Positions 1 to 11,900 of a DNA stretch of 64,000 nucleotides are shown piece after piece. The notes under the pieces were generated by a model. It saw nothing but the letters and a program-made list of their open reading frames with translations. It made no database searches and was not told where the DNA came from. The position numbers were made by a program, and so were the translations under genes. The DNA lies in contig MCFH01000009.1 in NCBI GenBank assembly GCA_002104945.1, positions 248,001-312,000 on the forward strand, read 5' to 3'. Position 1 is the first letter of the stretch. Every line of letters starts with the position of its first letter. This DNA comes from Piromyces finnis finn (Eukaryota > Fungi > Neocallimastigomycota).

Positions 1-870
1 TGTATTTTTTCTTTTATTCATGTATTCATGTAGTATTACTCTTCTCTTGTAAGAATCCAATGTAGTCAACTTTAGCATTTGCATTGTATTTTTATATTCA
101 TGTAGCTATTGTTGTATTGTTTCTTGTAAGAGACTGATTCACTCTACATCATGTAAAAATACTATTCACAAGCTTTCTGGTGTCGACATTCTTGATTCAA
201 ATTTTTTACCAATTTAAATATTTAATGAAAAGTAAAGTCAAACAAGTTTAGTGTCAAAAAGCGAATCGAATTTACTAACAACAAACCAAAACTAGAATTT
301 TTAAAGAAAATTTACAACTAGAATTCAAAAAAAAGAAACTTTAAACAAAGCATCGTAACAATTTTTGTACTATCCAGTACTTTTAAGAAGAGAGAGAGAG
401 ACAGATTTTTTTCCATATACGTTATATTTGTAATTTTTATTAGTATTTATTTTATATTCAATATTTTTTAATTAGAATTTATTATCATGTCAGTCCTTTA
501 TATTAAAGATAAGAATTATATCAGACGTGGTACCCGGTCTTATGGTATCCCCTTAGATGATATTCGCTCCTTTATCCGTGGTATTCGATCATGGTCAGTA
601 AATATGCTATGGGAAAAACTCGAGGTTATTCTAGAAGATAAATTTAATTCAGTTATTAGTGTTAAATATTTTCAAACTTTCAATGATCACTTTTTCTTAG
701 TCAAGGTTCATGGTTCATCAAAAGATTGTATTAAAATCTTACACATGTTAAAGAAGAAACTTTCAGTTACCTCAATTTCCTTTTCAGCTCGTAGTAGAAG
801 GAATCACAAATACACTTTTTCCACTCTCAAACGTAAAATTTTAGTTTCTAATAAACATCAACATTCTATT

Positions 871-966
871 CAACAATCATTTCAACAATCAGTTCAACAA
901 TCAGTTCAACAATCTCATCAACAATCCGATCTTCAACAAGATCTTCAACAAGATCTTCAACAAGTT
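871..966 (+). repeat. Eight imperfect 12-bp tandem units (QQSx/LQQx) in the LINE linker
   Basis: caacaatcattt, caacaatcagtt x2, caacaatctcat, caacaatccgat, cttcaacaagat x2, cttcaacaagtt. Confidence 0.85.
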
Positions 967-3900
967 TCCCATCATGAAAATATTCCAGATCTACAGCAAA
1001 CACAATTTCAATCTCAACATTCAACAATTAATTCTAATAGCTCTATCAACTCTGATAACAGTTCAATAGTTGATAGTTCTTCAGTTTCACCGCCATCTAG
1101 TAATAGTTCTACTTATTCCTCTGATGCATCATCCATTAATAACGATGACTTTAATAATAATAATAATAGCAACGATTCTTCCTCATCCAACAAGCCTGAT
1201 AACTTTTCTTTTTGTCTTAGTTGGAACACCAATGGGTGGAATCACGAAAAGAGAGATAGTATTAGCTATTTCACAGCTATTTTCAAACCATTATTTTTAT
1301 GTTTCCAAGAAACTGGTAATGGTTCTGGATCGAATACAGATTATCCTTGTCGTGTTACTTTGCGAAACTATAGACACTTTTTCAAGAAAGCTGACGAATC
1401 AGTTCCGGGAATGAGAGGTTTATATTTAGGTTTTCACAATTCGTGTCAAGCCTCACTTGAAAACTTCTCTGGAAAGTATATTATTTCTATTTATACTTTT
1501 AGTCTTTGGAATAGATTCAAATGCTCGATTGGAAATGTTTATATGCCTCATAGTCATCACAACATCTATGTTGATCATGCAAAGTTAGAAGTTCGCTTGT
1601 GGTTACAAACTCATTCATCCCATCCATCGATTCTTGTTGGTGATTTTAATATGTCTAAAGTTAAATTATCCAACTGGTTATCAACTAATGGATTAGGAGA
1701 TTGGGAAATTCTTCCGCTTAGAGGGTCTACTATCTCTTGGACTCGAGGTGATCAATCTTCCGACATTGACCATGCTCTTATCAATTCGAAGATGAAAGAT
1801 CTTATTCACTCAGGATCATTTATAAATAATTTTTATCCTGTATCAGACCATAAGCCACTTCTCATTAATGGTAAAATTATTCCTATGGAAGATTTTTCTA
1901 ATGACTTAAATGTTCCTAAGAAAATTCTGAAATGGAATAGACTAAAATGTATTGAGGAAAAGGAATCTATTCTCAGTCATAATAAATTCCAAATACTTTC
2001 AGCAAAATTCAACGATCCTAATGTTTCTACAGATGAACTTTCCAAAGAGTTTACTTCAACTGCTTTTTCAATTGCAGACGAGCTCAGTATTACCTCAGCA
2101 AATAATGTTATAAAGTCTTCATTTCATATTTCACAACAAATTTTTAATCTTCAAAAAATCAAAATGAAGTTGTATAAGAGATTTAAAAAAGAAAGAATTT
2201 ATGATATAGATGAATTTATTAAAAGAATTAAAATCTACCGTAAGCTCATTGATTACATCCACAAAAGATGTAATGAATTTAGGAAACAAGAATATCTTCA
2301 TTGGATTAAAACAGGATGTGAGTATATGAAGAGTCATAATCCTAAGAAGGCCTGGAAATGGATCAAGAAAACTGCAAAAATTGGAAAAGATTCTTTCTTT
2401 ATTGCTCAACCAATTAAAAATAAAAATGGAGAATTAGTTGTTGCTACAGAAGAACAACTAGAAGTGTGGCATGATCATTTCGAAAACCTTGCATCAGATC
2501 CAAGTGGTGTAAGTCTTGATTTGGAGCATTGGTATGAAGAACCAATGAATAAACGTTTTTCACTTCCTATGCTTGATGAGTGGGATATCAACCAAGATAT
2601 TAGTATTGATGAAGTCAAGTCAGCTATCCTCTCTACTCCAAATTATAAAGCATCAGGTCCGGATGGTATTCCAATTGAGTTTTACAAAGCATTAATTCCA
2701 TCAAGTAATGATTCTAATAATGCTACAGATAATAATTCTTCCGGTAATACCACTTCAGATAATGATGCTCATGGTTTAAATTTTATTCTTAAATTATTCA
2801 ACCGTATTTAGGATGGAGACTTCCCCAACTCATGGAATGAATCCAGTATTGTTTCTATTCCTAAGAAGGGAGATTTGACAGATTGTGATAACTATCGAGG
2901 TATATCACTTATCAAAAATGGCATTAAGTTGATTTCCAAAATTGTCACCACTAGAATCTCAGAATATGGTCTAAAGAATAATTTCATTAGACCTGAACAA
3001 TTTGGTTTTCGAAAAAAGGAAGAAAGTATCAGTCTTTTCATTTCAATCCAAGAAATATGCCGTAGACGTCAATTAGATAATAAAGAGACATATTTGGCCT
3101 TTTTAGATCTCAGGAAAGCATACGATTCAGTCCCAATCGGTAATATTCTCCATAAATTAGATTGTTTAGGAATCCGAGGTAAGAGTTTACAATTCATCAA
3201 AAATTTATATTTAACATCTAAGGCTAATGTCAAATTAGATGGACAATTCTCGAAATCTTTTGATGTGAAGAAAGGAGTCCGTCAAGGATGCCTTCTTTCT
3301 CCTATTCTCTTTAATCTCTTTATTAATGATATATTTAGAGAGTGCGAAGATCTAGGAGTCAGTCTAGGTGACACTCGATGCTGTGGTGGACTTTTTGCAG
3401 ATGATATAGTTATTTGTGCTCCAACAAGAGGATGCTTAAAAAAGATGCTTAGAAGAGTTAATGAATGGGCATTGTATAATGAAATGGAATTTGGTATCCA
3501 GAAGTGTTCAACGATGGTGATTCGTCCTGAATCTATAGAAAATCAGAACAAGAGAGATCCAACATTTTACTTAGCAGGACAACCCATTCCAACTACTGAT
3601 TGTTATACTTATCTTGGTGTTCCATTTGATAAGAATCTGTCCCTTAAACCAGTAATTAAAACTCTTAATAACAAAGTTTTGAAAGGACTTTTTTCAGTCA
3701 GTAAATTCTTAAGAAATCCTAATATTCCTATTCCCTTCAAAAAGCTAGTACTTAACTCACAAGTGATTAGCAGAGTTTCATACTTTGCACCATTACTTGG
3801 ATCCAACAAAGCTAGGTCTAGGATTGCTCAGAAGCATGTTAACAAAGGAATACGATGGGTTGCCGGAGTTCATAAAGCTGTATCGTTTATATCTTTATAC

Positions 3901-4536
3901 TCTATCTCAAAAGATTTGAATATTCCTCCATTGTCAGCCAAATGTGCGTTAGCTCAGATTAGATGTTTTAACAAATGGAAAAACTCAAATTGTATTATCT
4001 CACACCTTGTCAATTACATTCCTAAATTTAGAAAATACACGTGGTGCAAATCAAGTAGGACACTTGATAAAAAACTAAAGAAGCATGGAGATATTAAAGC
4101 AATTAAAAACTTTTATTGGAAAGATCTCAAAGGGAATTCAATCAAAGCGCAATATTATGATGATAATAAATTTATAGAAACTAAAGATTTTATTAAATTA
4201 TGTTATGAATACCCAGAGTTTGCCTATGGCTTCTACTGGCTATTGAAAGCAAGAAGCGGATACAAGTTGGATGCTAGAGTTGCCAAAGCTGCCAAATTTG
4301 TTGATCCAGTTTGTCCTAACTACTGTCCATGTTGCAAGAGTGGTGTTCAAAGTATTAAACATTGGTTATTAGATTGTCCAACATTTAGAGATATCCGTAT
4401 TAAACATTATGATTCCATAGTCCAGCTACTAAATTTTTTCAGTCAACGTAATTCCAATAGTCCTATCAATAATAATGAAAATGTTAATATCAGTAGAGAT
4501 AGCAATAACAGTAATAGTAATAGTAACAATAGTAGT

Positions 4537-4644
4537 AATAACAATAGTAATAATAACAATAGTAGTAATAGAAATAATAATATTAGTAATAATAACAATA
4601 GTAATAATAACAATAGTAGTAATAGAAATAATAATATTAGTAAT
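4537..4644 (+). repeat. Exact 54-bp tandem duplication (NNNSNNNNSSNRNNNISN x2) in the LINE Asn-rich insert
   Basis: 4537-4590 and 4591-4644 read identically. Confidence 0.85.
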
Positions 4645-5286
4645 GATAGCAATAGTGAAGATAATAATTCTAATTTAGATAGTAATTTAATTAATGATAG
4701 TAATAGTTCTAATAATCCGGTGAATATTAATGTGTATGATTATTCTAGTGTGTGCAGTAAAATATTTAAATTCCTTCTTGGGGGAAGAAGTTTTAACAAT
4801 ATTAATTACAATTCAAAGGAATGGAAAGAACTTTGTAAGCGTCAGATTCAATCTGGTACTAATGAAGGAACACCATTCTTGACGGTAACCGCGGAACTTC
4901 TAACCAAAATCATGCCTTTTGCTATTGGCCAGCAATGGTCAATGTTCAAAAGGTTTGAAGCAACATCCAAGAGCGTCAATGCTGAAGAAACAGTAAGACA
5001 GGCCAGGAGGGCCAGCGCAACCAATGGAGATCATAATTTTGTTCCATGATAAAATTTTGATCTTTGGCTCGGTGTCCCATTGGAAGTCAAATACAATTAT
5101 TATACTTTAGTATGATAGTGGCTTTCTTACTTTAATTAAAATTACTAGAATACATTATACTCAATTTTTATTCATTTGTGTTTATTTAAACATATTTTTT
5201 TTTATTTTTATTTTAATTTTAATTTTTTTATTACATGTATTATAATTTTAATTAAATTAATAATAAAGTTTAAAATATTTGATGCC

Positions 5287-5319
<33 letters not shown>

Positions 5320-6859
5320 AGTAAAATTGATGAAAATTTAGCAAGATTATTTTGTTGAAATATCTTTTCTGGGTTAATGTTTATCCCTTTTTTTTTTTTA
5401 AAAAATAAAATATGATGATATTAATAATTTAAAATAAAATAATTTGGGAATTCTTTCAATTTATAATATTTCTATAATAATTTTTTTTTTCATTTTGTAG
5501 TATAGTTATGTGAATATTAAATGAAGGATAAAAGTACAATACAATATTTTAAATTTATTAATTATTAACTACCAAAAAAAAGTTATAAACTCTATATTAT
5601 CATTTACTGATTTTACACATAATAAATATACTATATTTATTGATACCCTCAAAAAATCTTTGATTAATTTCAGAAACTATCTAAACAGGCCACTGTTAGA
5701 TATTATTATTATTTTTTTTTTTGCCAGAAAATTATGGTAATAAAGAAACACAAAATTCTTTTTTTTTTTTTTATTATACACTGAAATGTATTAACCTAAA
5801 ATAATTTAACCTTTTCAAATTATAATCATACAATATAATACATAGTTTCTTAATTGTAAAAAAATAAAATAAAATAAAAATATCATTGTATGAAACTACA
5901 TTTCTATTCAAATATTTGAACTTTAGGAAGTAAAAGTAATAATTACAATTCATGGATACTATATGATTAAAAAATAAAATATTATTTTTTTTCTTTTCAA
6001 TTGTAAAATGTACTTAATATGAATAGTATAATTTTACTATATCAAATCAAAAATTTTACTAGAAAAAAAAAATATAAAATTTTTATAATAGTCATTTATA
6101 TTTTAAATTAGCAATATTAATTGTAAAAAAATATAATTAATAATTTCAAATTGCAATTAGTATAATTATTCAAAACTTTAAAATATTCCTTATGTGAATA
6201 TTTTTACTTATTTTTACTTTTATTTTTATTTTTTTTTTTTTTAAAAAAAGTTATCCCTTACATAACAAATAAAATAATAAGTTATTAGTGTATAATTTGT
6301 GAAACATTACATTTAATTATTGTGTTTCAAATAGTTAAAATATTTGGATTAAAAAAAGAATTAATGAATGTAGCCTAATTTCTAGGTGAAACTTTTTTTT
6401 TTATTATCGTAGTATATATTTCTATTCTTTAGAGCAATCTTAATAGTATTTTTCTTTTGAAAAATGTTGAATAAACATAATTATTCATAAAAATAAAGAA
6501 AGTTTTTATTTGTTTTTTTTTTAAAAAATATTATCTTTATTTTTATGTAGTAAAAAAAAAAAAAAAAGAACCTTTTAAAATATTATTAAATTAATAGTTT
6601 TCAATTTTCATTTACATCCCTTCGCTTACTCTTCAAATTATATAAGAAATAATAAATAATTAAAAGTATATTATGCTTTAAATTTATTAATCTTTATTTA
6701 GTTTATATATATTATATAAATTATTATCAATAAATAAATAAATCTTTTTTTAAAAAAATGTAATAATGTAATAGATATTCTATATTTATTTCATTGAAGT
6801 GAGGTTTTTGTATTATAATATTGCTTATATAAATATATTGTCTTGTCCAAATTAATTGA

Positions 6860-7000
6860 TTATTCATCATCCACCATACTATCATTGCCATCGTCGTCTT
6901 CTTCCTCTTCCCCATCTATATCTTCATCAAGGTCAATAATATCATCTTCCATATCAATTTGATTTTCTGGTGGCATTTCTACTTCCAAAGGTTTATCCCT

Positions 7001-7040
<40 letters not shown>

Positions 7041-7748
7041 TTATTAATTTTATTATTATTATTATTAATTTTATTATTAATTTTATAAATAGGATTTTTA
7101 GTACCATTCTATTAAGAAACGAGTAACTCTTGGTTTTTCAACAAGTATATTTCTATATAATTTTGAAAAATCGACTTGTGGTGGAGGATTTTCTCTTAAC
7201 TCTTCATCTATATAATCATTATTTACATAATAACCTACTCTTACGAATTCTCTTCCCATATATGAACAAGTCAAAAGAACAACAGTTACACCTATGGTAT
7301 CGTCAGTTGGAATTTTATCTGAATTTGGTGCTGGGGTCTACAACAATCATTATATAAAAAAATTAATTTTAATTTTATAACATTATTTAATAAGCAATGA
7401 TCATAATACATTTATTAATGCATACTGTTAATACAAATCTATTCATTCCAAGAGGAACTGGTCCAACCATAATTGAATCTAATTCCTGATCGTATTCTTC
7501 ACTTTCTGCTGAACCTACATATATAACTTTAAATTCTAAATCTTTTTTTTTTTTTTAAAAAAAAATATTTGAATTCAATTTAGCTTTTTATTTTCCTTTT
7601 TTTTTTTTTAATTAAGGATGAATAAAATATCTCAAAAACCTTCTTTTAATGGTGCTAAGCATTCAAATGTTATTTCAAATTGAAATTCTGTATTAAATAA
7701 TGTTGGGTTGTTTGGTATTTGAACGTTCGTTATATTTACTAAAGACAT
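6860..7748 (-). CDS. ASF1: Histone H3-H4 chaperone Asf1 (4 exons, acidic tail)
   Basis: Spliced product [68 protein letters not shown]...[19 protein letters not shown]...[11 protein letters not shown], then an acidic tail. GT-AG introns with consistent phases. Missed by the ORF track. Confidence 0.97.
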
Positions 7749-8950
7749 TTTTTATTTCTTTTATTATTATTTTTTTTTTAATATTAGTGTTATAAACTAA
7801 AACTGGCATATAACATATGAATAATAAATAATTATATTTTGATTAAATAATTCAAGTTTATTTAAAATAAATATATTTAATTAATTATAATTGCATTTTA
7901 TAAATATATATAGTATTAAAATTAATTAAATAAATAATTAAATTGAATATTTTTAAAAATGAACAATTATAAAGAAATACCTTGGATATTAATTATATTT
8001 TAATTAGTTAAGTATTATTAATTATCAATATAAATTATACTTTATAAAATGTTAAATTTGAATAAAACAATACTATATTAATCTTTAAAATATAAATATA
8101 AACTGTATTTAAGAAAGTATATTTGAAAGATTATATCATATATAAACCAAAATATTTATATATTATAACAACAATTTTATTTCTAATTTGTGAATTTAAC
8201 TGAAATTGCTTTTTTTTCTGAAAAAAAAAATATTTTTAATAAAAAAAATTAAGCAGTTTTAAATGAAAAAAAAAAAAAAAAAAAAAAATTAAATTTTTTT
8301 AAAATCATTGAAAATTGAAAATAGTTTCAAACCTAACCTACACATTAAAATAAAAATAAAACTATTTATATAAATGTAAAAATATAAATAATATATTTAT
8401 TTATACATTATTTTTTTTTCACTTTGGAAAACGAGTTAACAATTATTTTATGAAAATAATAAACCTTTTCTTTTTTTTTTTTAAAGATTATATAAAACCT
8501 TTATTCTTTTTTTTTATTGTCCATTACCAAAAAAATAATTTAACATTAATTCTTTAATATTATTGGTTAAATAATTAATTATTTATTAAATAAAACCTTT
8601 TTTTATCATTTTAATTTTGATATTTGAATACTTTAAAAAAGTATTATTATTATAAAATTTATAATATATATATATATATACCTAAAAATCCATTATAGAA
8701 AATCAAAAAATATTATTATTATATACAGTATAATAGAATAATAGTATTATATTATTAATTATTATTATTATATAATTATATACTTTTTAAAAAATTTAAA
8801 CTTTAAAACTTAATATATTCTATTTTTGAATATTCCAATAAATTATAAATTAATATTTTATGTATAATTTTACAAAGACTTTGAAAAAAAAAAAAAGTAA
8901 AAGTCTTTTTTAAATTTTTTAAAAATAAGTATTAATTTATAATAAATATC

Positions 8951-11900
8951 ATGGAATCGTGTACACCTGTTGTTAGTGAGAATCAATTAATATTAATAAA
9001 TAATAAAGATCAAATAAGTAATAAAGAATTAAAAAATATAGAAAATATTCAAGAACAAAATTCTAAAATAAGTTTAAAAAATGAATTGATACTGAATCCA
9101 TTATTATCTGATAGAGATGATAATGAAAATAAACCATTTATTTCACCATCAGCATCTTCGATTTTATCTGAAAATGAATTAAAAGAAATAGAAAAAGCAT
9201 ATCAATTAGTAGATGATTATAAATCAGGGAGAATTAAAAGAATTGATCCAACTCGCTTTTTGCATTCCCTTCCCGATGGTGCTTATCCTCAATTACCTAA
9301 ACTAAAAAAATATACAACATTATACACTTCAAATGTATTATTTCCTCAAAATAATAATAATAATGGTCAGATACAATGTCCAAATGTAATAAATAATATT
9401 AAAGAATCTAATATAAATAATACTTTAGATAATAATAATAATGATTCTAATATGGAAAGTGAAAAGAGTGATAATTATATATCAACATTATCTGATTCAG
9501 AAAAACGTAGTAGTAAAAAAATTGAGGACATAAGAAATGAGAATCAACTTTCTTCCTTAAATAATTATGATGAAATTGAAATTGACAAAACTTATAGAAA
9601 TCTAATGCCAAAGTTTACAGATATGATAAAAGTAAAGAAAATTAATTTTCCAATGATTATGGATGTACTAAATGGTAAGAGAACATGTTTACTTTATGAA
9701 AGACATGCAACGATAATAAAAAAATTAGTCGGAATAATTACAGAAACTATGGTATTTCATTCATATATTATTGTTATTATATTAATGTTTTTTTTGCATT
9801 GTTGAAAATATATATTTAAATGTTTAATTCTTAAATATAAATGTAATAGAAAGATGAATATATTCCTTGGTTAATAGATATCATTGATACATTAAGACAA
9901 AAAATTTTACAAGGTGGTGATATTCTTGTTAAACCATTAATCGATTTAATTGAGAGCATTAAGTAATAAATAAAAAAAAAAATGGAATACAATCAAGAAA
10001 AAATTAAAATTCAATTTCATAAATATAATTTATTAAATATCTCTTTAAAATTTTTATTTATTATTATAAATGGGATTGTAATATAGAATATATGATTTCC
10101 TTAATCATTGTAATACTCCATTAGAAAATATAAAGATAAAATTATTAAACACTATTTTAAAAACTATCTTAATTCCGAACCATAAAGAATTGTGTTACTG
10201 TATTCTAAAAGTAATTTTTTTTTTTTTTTTTGTTTTAGCATTAAATATTTTTTATAATTATATATATTTATTAATTTAAAATACTATATTTATTTATTTT
10301 TATGAAAAATTAATAGACAATAAGTAATTTCTCAAATAATAATAAAAATGATACCCTGATACCTCCAATTGATCCACCAATATTAAATAAACCACTTTCA
10401 CAAGAATCATTAAATATTTATTTCAATTTATACTATTTTAAACAATCATCAAAATCCTTTCAAATAATTGAAAAATCGTATTTTATCTATATATATAAAC
10501 TATTAATAGAATACAAATATTATATACATTCATTATATTAATGATACATATATATAACTAGGAAAGTCATCAATTATTTATTAGATTCACCGTATATTTC
10601 AACAAATTCTGAAGTTCAAATATCATTGTTATTAACTTTAAAAACGCTATTACAGTCGAATAATTTATATGATAAGTTTTTAAATCGTTAGTATATTAAA
10701 CCTATTAATAAATAAATATAACAAAATTTTAAATGAAAATATATTTAAACAAATGAAAATTATGTATATTAATCTATATAGATGATGGAATGAATCTTTT
10801 ATGTAAATTTATTAACTCAATGTCAAATGTCAAAAATTTCTCAAAAAAAAAGAAATATGATAATGAATACAGCGAAAATAATAAAGGTAGTAAAATTTTT
10901 TATGAAGTTCCAGTGACACCTCATCAAAGTCTTGGCGATTTAAGCAACATTAATAAAAATATTGAAGAAAATGATTCGAAATGCTCAAATATAAACAGAG
11001 ATACAAGTATTTTTATTCATTATTAATTATTAATACTCACCTATATTAGATAAATAAATAGTTAATAATTTATGTTTTTCATTAATTGATAATAAAGTAG
11101 AGGATCAAATTATCTCAAGTAATGATAGTCAATGTGAATTTAATTCCACTGATCTTGTACATATATATACATATATATATTAATATTAATAGTTTCATAT
11201 TGTATATATTTTTGTATTGTTAAAAAAAAAACTAATATACATTTATATATGTGTATCAAATTTAAGGATGAAAAATCTACTTCGACACTAACAATTACAA
11301 AACCAAATACCTGTGATAATATAGAGAAGTTAAAGTTAGATTTTGATTCAATATATGTTATAATTGAAATATTTTTATATATTATTGATACAAGAAGAAA
11401 AAAAGATGCAATTATGCAAATGGCAAATAAAGTGAGAATATCGAATAAATATATATGTTATTAAAATGATAAACTAATTATTTGATTGTTTATAAATAAT
11501 AGGAAAGTATTTCTAACTTAAAAAATATATATGAACAAATTTGTGTTTCTGTAAAACGAGAAATTCATAAAAATATTAGAAATGATCTTGTTACAATATC
11601 CTTTTTATTTTAATAATAATACAAAAGAAAAAGAATAAATATATACGTTATCGAGTCAATATAATTTTCTTTTATATCTTTAACTTATAAAATTTCTTAT
11701 TTTTTAATATACTTTTTTTCGAGAATACTAGAAATTACAATGATTTCTTCTAAAAAGTTAACATTATTGTTTTATAAAGCAAATTTAACGAAGACAATCT
11801 ATAATGAATTAGTAAAGAAAGATTCTATTTTTATGAAGAAGGTATTTATTTAATATATAAATATATTATCTTAAATTTATAAAATTGATCTAATATCTAA

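Larger units (their letters stand above)
487..5049 (+). pseudogene. LINE EN-RT polyprotein (~1520 codons) interrupted by one in-frame TAG at 2809-2811
   Basis: ORFs 487..2811 and 2875..5049 are in the same frame. The 63 nt between them translate as DGDFPNSWNESSIVSIPKKGD, giving FNRI*DGDFPNSW where RTs of this type usually have an aromatic residue, so TGG>TAG is likely. Confidence 0.85.
487..5090 (+). mobile_element. Non-LTR retrotransposon (LINE), single long ORF: N-terminal domain + APE endonuclease + reverse transcriptase + C-terminal CCHC finger; true ends not defined
   Basis: APE motifs SWNTNGW, CFQET, VGDFN, SDIDH, SDHKPL. RT motifs GPDGIP..EFYK, NYRGISL, QFGFR, FLDLRKAYDSV, GVRQGCLLSPILFNLFINDI, LFADD, YLGV. 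Finger CPCCKSGVQSIKHWLLDC (CX2CX8HX4C). No introns, and higher GC than the flanks. No TSD identified. Confidence 0.95.

Noticed and set aside
2809-2811. RIP or programmed readthrough as the cause of the LINE TAG
   Set aside because: TGG>TAG fits CpA>TpA, but it is a single site in an otherwise intact ORF. The stop lies inside the RT region and lacks a known readthrough context.
4981-5083. Hammerhead (CTGAAGA at 4982) or HDV-like ribozyme at the LINE 3' end
   Set aside because: There is no GAAA after a stem II. The helix order is loosely HDV-like, but the P3 equivalent is a 13-bp hairpin and there is no recognisable L3 or J4/2 catalytic C motif.
5290-5317. A28 run as the LINE poly(A) tail
   Set aside because: Equal or longer A/T runs are common throughout the window (e.g. 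about 24133-24170), and no matching TSD was found.
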